Below, piece by piece: positions 52,701 through 64,000 of a DNA stretch of 64,000 bases. This DNA is from Owenia fusiformis. Lineage: Eukaryota. The notes under the pieces are model-generated. The model saw nothing but the letters and a program-made list of their open reading frames with translations, ran no database searches and was not told where the DNA came from. The DNA lies in NCBI GenBank assembly GCA_903813345.2, contig CAIIXF020000001.1, forward strand, positions 21,514,001 to 21,578,000, read 5' to 3'. Both the position numbers and the translations under genes were made by a program. Position 1 is the first letter of the stretch; the number at the start of each line of letters is the position of its first letter.

Positions 52701-55700
52701 ATACAAAAATACCTTAACTATGTGCAACTATGTACATACCGGCGCGCAAAACACTATTGCTTCAGAATATATTTGTGGTTTTAGGCCACTTATGAAATTG
52801 AAATACATTAAGAGCAAGTTGTGTTATCGTAATATGTAATTCATACACTTTTTATGTGCATTTTAATTGGTTTATAGTATCATACACTTTATATGTGCAT
52901 TTTTAAGATCATTAATTCAAAAATGGGCTTACATGTATAAGTGATCCATATTTGTAATTAGTTATATTAGGCAACACAATAATAGTAATATTAATGTAAA
53001 AACTCCTACATTACCGACCAATTAAGATAAGTAATTATACTGTCTACCGACCAATTAAGGCAAGTAATTTTACTAACATAACCGACCAATTAAGGCAAGT
53101 AATTTTACTGATATATCTTCTCATACAATTAATACTATGTATATGTTAACCTATCAGGCTTTTGTCTTATTCTTGTTGACCTTCGCAGAGCGGATGGGTC
53201 CTCCTCCTGACTTGGATTGTCAATCTGTAGGTTTTGGCTGTTCTAGTGTTCACATTTGAGGGTAACTCTGATATTGAATATCATGATAATCAATTATACA
53301 TTACATATCTGTTGTTGACTTCGGGATGCTGCATATACAGTACATCTGTTATCATCTGTAACGTGATTGTCGATCTTAGTTGTCCAATCTTGGTTTTCGA
53401 ATATCGGTTCAATCTCGGATATTGAATCTCGGTTGTGGAATCTCGAACCTGGAATCTCGGTTATCGAATCTCGAACCTGGAATCTCGGTTATCGAATCCC
53501 TGACATGGAATCTCGGTTGTGGAATCTCGGACCTGGAATCTCGGTTATCAAATCTCGGACATGGAGTCTCGGTTGTCTATCCCAGATATAGAATCTCGGT
53601 TGTTGGATTACAGTTCTTCTCTGGCTCTGCACTTTGTTGTTGTTGTTGTTAGCCCGCAGTACCATATGTGAACGACCGAACGACTAGATTTGTGGTGTAC
53701 GTCAATTTATTCACTTTACAGAGCCAGAGGGGCTAGAAACAAATCATAACAAGCAATTACAATATAATAATAACATTGCATGAAATGGCATTGGCAAGGC
53801 TTATCAATATTACAGTATGAAATGGCATTGGCAAGGCTTATCAATATTACAGTACGAAATGGCATTGGCAAGTTTATTTGAAACACAATCTAATTTGACT
53901 ATTTTACATTTGACAACATGAATGCTAACTTAATTGAATGTTTGGCATGTTAACTTACAGAACTGGCTCTTGCTTTGAGCTTGAGGGAAATGTGGGAACC
54001 AATGGTGGTGAATCTGTGGCCTAACACACTGCCTGAATAAAAATTACAATACATTTCTAAGTTGACAAAAATACCATAAATGATTGGTAAAATATCAGAA
54101 ATATGTGTTGTATTTAATCAAGTAATATCTAATAAAGCATATAAAAGTAAAATAAAGAGTGGATGGCTTACCAATATGAACGATTGTGGATGATTTTGTA
54201 GATTTTCTGGAGAGGTAAAAATATATATGTGGCTATTGTAGTGACTGTAAGCAAGAGGAAGTTGCACATTTATGTGCCAGCTATTTATGTGAATTGAAAC
54301 ATGAAATCTATATAGTGCCATCTATAAATGCAACTATAAACTTTAAAGTGCAGTTGGTCACACGTATATCATTTATAAATTCAAGCGTTTGTTCAAATTT
54401 ATTCATTCTTTCATTTGTTCAGTATTAATTTATCCATCACTTTTTCAAAGAAAAATCAATTATTGCAAAAAATGATTTTTTCAGATACACTCCACTCATC
54501 TAAGATATTGCATAGAATTCAAATTGTTATCGTTCCATTTTACTTGCTCTCCATTTTCATGTTAATGTCATGATAGGTTTAGCGAATAAATTACATAATA
54601 AAAAACACTAAAATATCATATGGTATTAATCTTCAAATAATGAAGGCCTAATTTATTATCAAGCCGTCTGAACTTAACAAAATACGTTTTATATTCGAAC
54701 AGCCGCTTGTATATGATTTATATCCACCAAAACGTTTTTATCATCAGTTGCAGTTGATCTGCTCCAGGGGACGTGCCACTGAGCTCCGGGGACGTCCAAA
54801 GAAATATTTTAAACTTTTTAAAACAAAGCATAACGGAGACCCACTAATTTTAATAACAGATGTTTTCATCATTAATACGACTACCCCGGATAGTTTAAAA
54901 ATCATTCGCGTAAACGTTGTGAAAAGTTATCATAGAAGAGCGATCTTTCGGAATTTATAGGGTGTTTGCGCCTTGCCTTGCATTTGATCCGAACTGGCTT
55001 CCAACAAAATTCCTGCAAAATAATGATAAGCCATTGCATGAGGTGATTTATTTTGTCCTAGATGAAGTAGCTTAAGTTAAAGAATAAATTGTGCGAAATA
55101 GTTGATATCCCTTGGTAAGATTTCAGGATATATATTTAGTAAAAGATTCACCGAAATATATTTTGAGGCAGAAAATTAATTATAAGTTGTCTGACTTTTT
55201 TGCACGTTGCCTGTTTATTTTACTTTGTGAACATTAAAGTTACAAAGCTACACGTCCTGTGTTATTTCAATGAGAGAGGTTTCTTGATAAAGCCTATTAC
55301 TTTCAGACTTTGCTTAAGTAAATAAAGACATCATTTTGATTGATAAAATTCAAATTCAATTGTCTACTTTACTTAATGAAGGTATTGAAATGAATTATAT
55401 TTCCCCTCCCAAAGTTTTTTCGTAACAAATTATGCATATAAGAATTCAAACTTAAAGATGCTTTAATACATAATCCAATGGGTGAGTTAGGATTGCCAAA
55501 CTTTTGGAGGGAGTGTAATTGTACAAATTGCACAAAAAGGTTTTTATTTGAGGAACCCAAATGAAGAGGGGGGGGGGGATTTGTGAATAACATGAAAATA
55601 GAACCCCCGGTCACCAAATCCTGGCTACGCCACTGAAGTTCATACCTTTTCATAATTTTTAGATTGAATGTTTCTTATTCTCTGTGGTATGTATTTCTTA

Positions 55701-58700
55701 TTAAAAGGTATATTTAATCAATATTAAGTTTCAACAGAGGGATAAGTAAATAAATAAGCTCCACTAGCTCATTATTTTATAAAACTATTTGGTCAGAATC
55801 AGATACATCTCAGTTTACCTTAGTCTGAAAGAATAAGGTTTGCCACAATATTGATATAATGTGGTTTAATTAATCGATTTATAGTACCCCACACAAGTTT
55901 TTGATAATTACTTTGACCCGTGATTTGAACACTCTATCCTTGACTATTTGTTATTAAATTTAGCAGACATAAACTAGAGGAAATTTTCCAACATTGGAAT
56001 TTTTTTGTTTTTATTTTACTTCAATAACAATAAAATTACAAGTAATCAAATCAAGGGTGTCATTAATGGGTTTTCACCAAATTGACGTCATAAAATCATT
56101 CTATGAATTGTTCATTTTAACAATTTTATTGACTTTTATCTCATTATCTTATCAATATTCATCTTATTGAAGGACTTCTGAAACAATATAGAGAAAAGTA
56201 TATATAAGGTTAATTTACTGAATACTGGAATAAATGTTGTAATGCTACCCCCAAAGGGCCATTTGTTGAATCCAAGTGAAGTATTTAACAATAGTGTTCA
56301 ACAAAGAGTATGTAGGTGGAAACCGCCAGGAAATCCAAGAGATGAGTATGGGCATGGGGTAGTTGGGCCACGCAACTTTGAGGAGTGTGTGATGGCCTTA
56401 AATGATGCGTTAGCTGAGATGCAGGATCCTTCAATGTACGAAGCATTTTATTTTAAAAGAGCAACTGGAAGAGAATTCTACAAGCAGACACATGGCAGTA
56501 AAGTCGCTAAGACAGTATTATCGAAAAGAAAAAGATCTGCCCATAACAAGTACATTTTCAACTGGCCGAAGAAACTGTAAATCATACAACCTTGACCATA
56601 GCCAGACAATTACAATCAGACAGTATAGATCTAGGACAAGTATAGAATCTCCAAATGTAGGATTTGTAATAAACTATTCATAAGTACCATAAATACAGAT
56701 GAAATTCAATAAGATGAATATTGATAAGATAATGAGATAAAAGTCAATAAAATTGTTAAAATGAACAATTCATAGAATGATTTTATGACGTCAATTTTGT
56801 GAAAACCCATTAATGACACCCTTGATTTGATTACTTGTAATTTTATTGTTATTGAAGTAAAATAAAAACAAAAAATTTCCAATGTTGGATATTTCCTCTA
56901 GTTTATGTCTGCTAAATTTAATAACAAATAGTCAAGGATAGAGTGTTCAAATCACGGGTCAAAGTTATTATCAAAAACGTGTGTGGGGTACTATGATAAT
57001 TAATGAATGTAGTAATTTTCAGGAAACTCTAAACTTAAGCAACCCATGTATAATGAAAATAAAGACATAGTCATGTATTAGTCATTTCAAACACAAAACA
57101 TGATATATGAACTACATATGGGCTTTGATTAATAATCTCTTGTTCTCATTGGATGTATCAATTTTCCAATCTGTCTTTTAGTTTCATCAGCTTTGTTATA
57201 TGACTGGTTGAATTAAAAATTGCGATCTATTTCTTATTGTTCACTAAATACTTGATCTCAAATCGAATGTACATGTACCTTGATTTTATAATAAATGTAT
57301 TTTGCGGGCCAATGTACATGTATTACTAATCTTGAAATAGTATAAGGAACAATAGATAGCAGTTTATGTCTTTTAAAGAATATTCCCTGGGCATACTGTA
57401 ATTCGGACATCATCCTTAGATAGTCCATGTGTAAAGTCCTCTCTATGGGGGCATCTCAAAAGTCAATTTCATAACTGCATGACCACTCACACACCATTGT
57501 TCATAGAACAAACATTTTGGAAGAATGATCGATTTTTGGAATAGAAATAATTTTCATATTTTTCAGTACAAACAAAACATTGATTTCAAATTATTATCAG
57601 ATATATTACAGATCACAGTGTTCTTATTATATGATAGTTGAAATTATTGCTCTTTAATGACACGAAATCGTGATGTACTCCTTATATCCGTGTGATAATA
57701 GGAATTATTACAAACAGATTAATTATAATTAGCTGATTAGATAATGGGGATCTCCGATTATTGCAACATTGATATTGGACTGAATGGATATAAATCATTC
57801 TGTGATTCATTTTGTTTGTTTCATGCATGACCAATTTTTTAATTCAATCGATTTTTTGTCTTAAAATCAATCAACCTGAAACAAACGTGAAAATTAGCCC
57901 TTTATTTACCAGGAGTAATTTTGGAGTTAAGATTTCTTTTTAAGATTTTATGTATTTTTGATAGAACAAAATTATATAGAGGTTATTTTATGGAAGGGTT
58001 GGAATATGGATTTTATTTCGAGGGAAGATATGATATTGGCCAAGGAATATATCATGTTGACCCAGTGTGCAGCCCAAGTGTGAATATGATATTTTTCGAG
58101 GCCAATATCATATTTTCTTGAGGAAAAAATTCATATTCCATCATGACCATCAATAACATATTTATTCCATAATATTTTTTCAGATACATATTCATTTTCA
58201 AGTTCGAATTGTCAACCCAATGATGATGACATAAAATGATACAATTTGATTTATCATATAACATTTTAAACTTTTATAACAGGTTGTAAAATAGAACAAA
58301 AATGTAAATCAAGAGAAATTCCTGGGACAAGTTCTGATTCGGGATTTTCCTAGGGAAAACATGTTATTATGGAACAAACTTTAGTATTTTATGATGGCAT
58401 AGAGCGCAAGAATGGGATACCAAGTGCAAGATGTTCTATTTTCCTCCACAGATGACTGAGCAATGAGGCCGATTTAAGTGATCATGCCAGAAATGGGGTT
58501 GTGCCACTTTCAGCCAAGTCAATTTTACCATCATAACATAGTGATAAGTAACAATAAAGGATTTATTCCAACTAAAATTACACATATTATATCATATTTA
58601 AAACCCCTTTTAATTCCCAATGTCCAAGTTGTTTAACCACAGGGTCCTTCAACATGACCCCATTCCTTTCAATGCAAATGTCTGCCCTAGATCTCATCTC

Positions 58701-61700
58701 AGACTGCCTCCCTGATGATGTTTCTCTCTGTCCCCTTAGATCCTCCACTGCTGCTACAATCCTGGTCCTTAGATCATCAACATTTCTTGGTGGTGTTGTG
58801 TAAACTGTTTCCTTGATATAACCCCAAATAACCATCCTGACATAGCCATTTCAACCCCTCATTGTTCAGTCATTCATGAAAGAAAAAGTGGCACAAACCC
58901 ATTTCTGACATGGTCACTTAAATCCCTTAGAACTCAGTCATCAGTGAAGGAAAATAGACGACTTTGGTATCATAAGAAAGAGGACAGCATAACCTATGTG
59001 AAATTTTCCTATTATTATTCATATTTGAAAATAAGCAATTAAATCCAGGTTTTCTTTTTTGGACACCCTGTATAATTTGACTGTATCATCAGTCAAGCAT
59101 CTTTCAAAAATCAAAAAGCTTCTTGACAGAATGACACAGTACAGAACAGAATATGTCAATTAAGTAAAAAAAACTTATCTCAATTTTCTAGAGTGATAAA
59201 TTAGGTCTCTAGAAAGTAACTAGTTTTATTCAATAAAGACAGTACACAGTTTTCCTACATATCTAATTAAATAGAATATGTTTTCACTCCATCAAGGCTC
59301 TCTCTGTAACTATATATCAATCTGTTGTATATTACTTTAGCTGTCAGATTCATGAAAACACACAGGAGGCCTTTGTTGAAAATGGAAAGAAGTTGAAGAT
59401 GTTTTCACTGTATGTCTTTCAATAAAAAACTTATTTTACTTCTCTGCGCTTACTTCAACTTTTATGAAATTGCACATGAATATTTAATCAAAGAACCATA
59501 TATAAATATGTAATATTCTTAAATTGCATTTGACCATTTAATATTTAGAATGTTAACATTTTTACATTTTTTCATTTGGCCATTTGAGAATTGATCATCC
59601 AGGATTTAAGTTATGAAGCTATTCCTTCTGGAAATAAAATAAATATCAGAATATTACTTTTAAAACTTTGAACTGGTGAGTGAATTAGTACACAAGTACT
59701 TTGCAATCATAAATTGAGAGAATGTTTATATTTTAGGTACATTTTTATTCATTTGTAATTTGTATAAATATTTGTATTTTGATTATTTTTTTTAGAAAAT
59801 AATGAATCATTTTACTATCCAACAAAGAAGTAAGTGTGATACATATACCCTTTCATCTAGGTTAATATGATATCATTATTTTATCATCTGTCTAATAGTT
59901 CCTTCATTCTGTTATCTTTATCAGATCTAATTAGGTTTGGGGCATTCTGGGTAAATTTATGGGCAGCCATTTTGAATTTTCCTATAAAATGTATGATATT
60001 CATCTGTCTTGTTGATATACTCCCTTAACAGACCAATGTGACATTGTCTCAACAGGTTATAAGATAAAAGCTTCATCAATTACGTGTATCCTATAGTTAA
60101 TCGGACAGTCACAAGTTATTATGATTCTAAAGATTTTTCATCAAAAGATCCAGCTGGGGTCAACCTGTTAAATCAAGCTGAGACTCAAATTAAAAACATT
60201 TTCTCAGGAAATGAAAACTAATGAAAAAGGCAATATCATCAAATAGGTTGTACTAAGCTACTTACATCTTGTTAATACTGTCCTGCCATAATTAGTCTGC
60301 ATATAAGCTACCATAAAACATCATAGACTAAATTAATTTCAAGTTCGAATGTATTCAAAGTTTGATGAATGAGCTCTTTGCTTTTCTCACATAAAATCCA
60401 GGATTTAACTTGTTCAAAAAGATTATATAATTTTGACAGTAAACCGAATGGAGAGGTCTATAATTGTTTTGTTAGTCCGAAGAATATCTTAGATTTTTCT
60501 GACCCTTGAAGTTGACTTGAAGTTGGATAGATAGACTTCTGCAGTTCCACAACCATCGCTTTGAAAACATCGTTTGATGCCTTGAATTCAGACTTGGTAA
60601 TGTCCATCTTAAGTGTCTCTCTGATGTATCGTGCCACTCCCCATTTAAGAAGCTGAAATGATTTCAACTTATAAAGTCCACCGTCTTTTTTTCTAATACC
60701 AACGTAAAACTTTTTCAAAAAATTATCTACATCTGCCACGGCAGTAAGTTCACTCAATGGAGTCAAATTACTCTCCTGGGCGAAGTCCACTAAAAGCTTT
60801 GTACAAAGTTTTAGATTTTTCTTCGTATTTTGACTGTCTTTACTCTCTAAGAGACTAATAATATCCTCATCTTCAACATTTTTGAAACGGCTAGTGCTAG
60901 CGGCGGCCATTTTATCGTCTGATAATGACGTCATTTTAGTGGAATGCTGGGAATATTATTCACCGGCAATGCATTGCGCTGTGTACAGTTAAAATTATTC
61001 ACCGCTCGTTGACCAATCAAAATAGAGTATTTCAACTGAGGTACTAACAATAGAATTTGTAGTAACAGTAGTCATAAGTTATACACATATAAAATGCCTA
61101 CTTTTTAATTTGGACATGTAAGACATGTTTTCTAATGCAATATCGGAATTCTAACATAAATAAGGTCTATAATGTCTTTGTTAAAATGTATTTTCAGATA
61201 TTTAAGACGATGTGCCTGGAGAAATCAAAAGGAAACTCTTCAGTCTTATGTGAGTGACCTTGAACTTAACATAGGAGCAGACGGAGAATGTGACCTTGAA
61301 TATGCAAGAGGGGTTGGACCTAAGTCAGAAGAAACAGAAGGCAATGGTATGTTTAACATTTATAGGTTTGTAGCTCAATAATGTAAAATGGCAAAATTTC
61401 TCACCAAAACATTTTTAGATTTCAGAAGGCAGTCCAAAATGTTTGAGATTTGTGTTTTATTCCTTTAAAAATGTGTAATATATAATTTTATTCCTGATGA
61501 TTTTTCAAATGCTTAAAAGATTTTCTGTTAAGTTATATCATATTAGAGACTGTAATAGGTATCTCACATTTGAAAATAATATATATTGAAAAAAATTTCA
61601 GGTGGAAATATAGTCAGCATCAAACGTCAGAAGTTAGAAACTGATGATTCCAAGAGTCCTGAGATGAACATAGACAACTCTGGAGACTGTAAAGAAATAT

Positions 61701-62422
61701 TAGATTCAAAACAGGAGGAAGTTGTTGTTGATAGAAACTTCTGTTCTAAAGTGGATTCCTCCCACATAGATGACAGTGATATAACTGATTCATGGGCGAA
61801 TTCTAATGAGAAAGTGTCTGAAGACTTCTGGGATGTTTCTAGTGCAATAAAAACTGAAGAAAGCGATTCATGGGGTAACTCAGACACGAAAACCTCTGAG
61901 GAGTTTTTGAGTTTACCAGAACCAAGTGTTAAAAATCCTAAGAGTGAAAAAATCAATAATTTGACTAACGTAGATATTTCTAATAGAGATATAGGGAATG
62001 ATTCAAGTGAAACGAAATTAATATCTGATACTGAATCTTTTCCCACTTCAGACAGTACTCTTACACACAAAGATAACCCTCAATTAGGAAACCAAAATTT
62101 AGTGACTGATTTAGAATCAATAACGACCACCCATATGACACCTATGGAGGAAGGTACTGACAAACATGAAACTGATGCCCCATGTGAAATAGATGATACT
62201 GATGAACATGATACCATTAGTAATGAGCATAATCAGCCAATACATGATTATGTTATTAATCACAGATGTAATTATGAAGACAAAGATGGTAATCTGTTAG
62301 TCGTTGAGAATTCTGATGAGAGCGATAATGAATTAGGAACTGAAGAGAAACCTTTCTGGGAGGCTGTGCGCAAAAGGGATCCTTACCACATAGAGGAACA
62401 TGTTCATCTGACCCTAGAAGAG
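37778..62422 (+). CDS. TSEN2: tRNA-splicing endonuclease subunit Sen2; continues past the window end
   Basis: Exons 37778 (or acceptor at 37788)-37999, 42873-43141, 61198-61346 and 61602-62422, phase-consistent. Motifs KPSRKKRVF..ESPFPVP, DIDYLYRMGFFGKGTLSR and EEHVHLTLEE. The start codon is uncertain. Confidence 0.88.
40268..40680. repeat. ~190-bp-arm hairpin inside a larger TIR element (about 39839-40765)
   Basis: TTTGCTTGAAGCTACAAATATA / TATATTTGTAGCTTCAAGCAAA. Outer arms TTTGCCTCACCCCCTCAAGCCATCTTTATTTGACACATT and its reverse complement. Confidence 0.75.
40771..40970. mobile_element. Tc1/mariner-type MITE
   Basis: TA|CAAGGTGTTTCATAA...TTATGAAACACCCTG|TA. Confidence 0.75.
41287..41503. 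mobile_element. Small Kolobok-like MITE
   Basis: TTAA|AGGATCATG...CATGACCCT|TTAA. Confidence 0.5.
44182..44259. repeat. 22-23-bp tandem repeat (AGCTGACATCTTTGTTTCTATA), about 3.5 copies, in the putative 3' UTR of the nested Cys-rich gene
   Basis: Directly visible. Confidence 0.8.
44359..46948 (-). CDS. Secreted protein with two cysteine-rich knottin-like domains (163 aa), nested antisense in the large TSEN2 intron
   Basis: Exons 46948-46802 (signal-peptide-like plus pro region, AAG|GTGAGT), 45242-45045 (CCTTCCAG|; 6 Cys; CAG|GTCAGT) and 44505-44359 (TTTCAG|; 8 Cys; TAG). All are phase 0 with no stops. The two domains are homologous (YCGG...PC-x8-CxC). Minus-strand AATAAA at 44030-44025. Confidence 0.8.
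50258..51199 (+). mobile_element. Helentron/DINE-1-type non-autonomous element (HINE) with an internal satellite array
   Basis: 5' ATGTCACCACC...GTGGTGACAT hairpin, GGCGTCCGGCGGTTGGAGGTT repeats, about 5 units of ~110-170 bp, and 3' GGTGGTGACATTTTGTCATGTTAATGCCTTGTT in a T-rich site. Confidence 0.8.
51748..54362 (-). mobile_element. Internally deleted Gypsy-like LTR retrotransposon
   Basis: 696-bp LTRs at 51748-52443 and 53667-54362 (TG...CA, apparently identical) with a 4-bp TSD CGTA. PBS-like TGGTACTGCGGGC on minus at 53664-53652. Residual integrase-type tail LRRSTRIRQKPDRLTYT* ending at 53135. Confidence 0.9.
53410..53602. repeat. 13-14-bp minisatellite (GAATCTCGG core) inside the LTR element
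   Basis: Directly visible. There are also 3 copies of ACCGACCAATTAAG..AAGTAATT at 53013-53110. Confidence 0.85.
55884..56991 (+). mobile_element. IS630-Tc1-mariner element with ~285-bp TIRs and a C-terminal transposase fragment (56242-56580)
   Basis: TA|GTACCCCACAC...GTGTGGGGTAC|TA. GINVVMLPPKGHLLNPSEVF aligns with the LPPYSPDLNPIE motif that carries the third catalytic residue. Confidence 0.8.
58436..59070 (-). mobile_element. Decayed Tc1/mariner element with a transposase C-terminal remnant
   Basis: WGYIKETVYTTPPRNVDDLRTRI...RADICIERNG. Inverted repeats 58436-58513 / 58885-58957 and a GGACACCCTG|TA end. Confidence 0.75.
60458..61050 (-). mobile_element. Crypton-type (tyrosine recombinase, DUF3504/KCTD1-like) 5' remnant
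   Basis: SRFKNVEDEDI...KDSQNTKK...FLKKFYVGIRKKDGGLYKLKS...RYIRE...EFKASNDVFKA, truncated before the catalytic domain. Confidence 0.75.
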
Positions 62423-63766
62423 GTATACATGTTTTTAAAGTCAATACTAACCCTTGCTGTTCTAACACATTCAAATGTAGATTTTATCATTTTTTAAGAT
62501 AAAAGGAGTTATTGCTTAATTTGACAAAAAAGACTAAATCTAAAGAGTTCAGTTTCACAGATTTGATGCTGATGCTCATCTTACTGATCTCAAATGTAGC
62601 TTTAGTAACATTTTATGTCAGTTTCAATCCATAATGAATGATAGCTACTTATAAGCAGAAAATGTGGTTCATAATAACTGCACAATGCAATTAGATAAAA
62701 GTTGCAACAAAAAATCAAAATAGTGTCTCTAATTTTAAGAGTTAAGACAGAGTTGAGCTCTAGGAAAGGGTTATTACTTTCATTAGATACTCTGATATCT
62801 TTGTTCATGCACAGGTGATCTTTCTAATGTGAATTGAATTCATGTGTTTATGATTAATACTGTCTATTAGACTGAGTTTATGTCAATGCTAAATGACAAA
62901 TTGTTGAGCAGGGATGAATAGATCATTCCGATAATGAACATGAAAATAGAGTTAAAATGACTTGTGCCAATGTCCCTAACGACTAACATTATACTACTTA
63001 AGGAGTTGACTTCTCTACTCTCGTCAATTAAAGACAATTCTTCCATTTGGCCGTTATCCAATCAGAATGCATGGTCGGAAAACTACAACAATTTTCTGCC
63101 AATATTAGCTAACAAACTTCCATTAATCGTAGGGATTTTTGAGGTAATTTGTTGGAGTTATTTGTCTAAATCAGATCTGAAACCTGCTTTTAGTACTAAG
63201 TTTCTGCCATCCCCAATTATCTATTTTCCCCTCTTGTTTAGGTTAATATGTCACCAACAAAAGTGGTGACATATTGTTATTAGGTGGGTATGTTAGTTAG
63301 TAGGGAGGGGGAGCTAAAGGCTTGAGATTAGATTAAACTTTACTCTAACAGCAAAATTAAATAAGAAATAGACAATCTTTTGCAAAGAGACATTTGGGTA
63401 TTATTAATTCTGCTATTTGTGGGAGATACTGAAATTACCACCATATAGATAAAAGTACATTATTTTAGTCTTTTAGTCAACTTTATTGAATATTTGTTAT
63501 TGTTATTATTGAATTATAGGCTCAGTTACATTTTTATATTAAATAAAGCAGTTAAGCCTATTCACTGTGATTGGATTAAGCTCGGCACTATGAGATCATA
63601 TTGTTATGTCACCACCAGAAGTAGTATTGTTGTAGTCTGAAAACTTTTTGTGGATGGTGTTCGGCAGTTGGCATTCAGCGTTTGTAACAAATACTTACAA
63701 CTTCCAATGAATGAACAAGAACTGTTTAGACTGACTTCAACTTTTTACTGCGAACAGCCGAACATA

Positions 63767-64000
63767 CAGGGTGTTCCAAAAGTAACAGGACTGGTGCTGG
63801 CATTTTGTCAATTCTGCACCGATTGTCTTCAAATTTTCACAAATTGTACTTTGAAGTATTGCAACTAAAATTGTAAAGTTTCAGAAAAAATGATAAAATG
63901 TGGGTAGAGTTATGGTTACTATAGTAACATGACATCACAATACCCGGGGCAACTTTTTCATGAAAATGTGATATCTAACATTTTTGTATTACTAAGGAAA
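63767..64000. mobile_element. Left end of a mariner-type MITE interrupting a HINE copy
   Basis: TA|CAGGGTGTTCCAAAAG begins where the HINE similarity stops. Confidence 0.55.

Larger units (their letters stand above)
49681..55635. mobile_element. Probable hAT-like non-autonomous element hosting the HINE and LTR insertions
   Basis: Imperfect 15-bp TIRs CATAGCCGTAGGCAG / CTGGCTACGCCACTG, AAGTT on both flanks and GAACCCCCGGTCA near both ends. Confidence 0.5.

Noticed and set aside
53234-53652. Overlapping repetitive ORFs
   Set aside because: Artefacts of the minisatellite inside the LTR element.
52199-54321. Duplicated 67-aa ORF as a gene pair
   Set aside because: It lies within the two identical LTRs and shows no coding features.

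Overview
AT-rich, intron-containing animal DNA, most likely lophotrochozoan (mollusc or annelid; inferred from the FaNaC-like channel and the repeat types). I reconstructed four conserved genes with phase-consistent GT-AG exons: an SDR16C/RDH10-like dehydrogenase (minus, runs off the left edge), bystin (BYSL, plus, 437 aa, head-to-head with the SDR gene), smoothened (minus, 890 aa) and TSEN2 (plus, runs off the right edge). Two genes are nested antisense inside introns. One is an intronless FaNaC-like DEG/ENaC channel in SDR intron 2. The other is a 3-exon, 163-aa gene for a secreted protein with two cysteine-rich knottin-like domains in the 18-kb TSEN2 intron, which the ORF track never shows whole; it is the most novel-looking item. 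Introns are crowded with non-autonomous transposons: four TIR elements with 5-bp TSDs (two with CAC...GTG Transib/RAG-like ends), Kolobok-like TTAA elements, Helentron-type HINEs, Tc1/mariner/pogo MITEs, a young internally deleted Gypsy-like LTR element, and Crypton and non-LTR remnants. All calls are by eye; no database searches were run.
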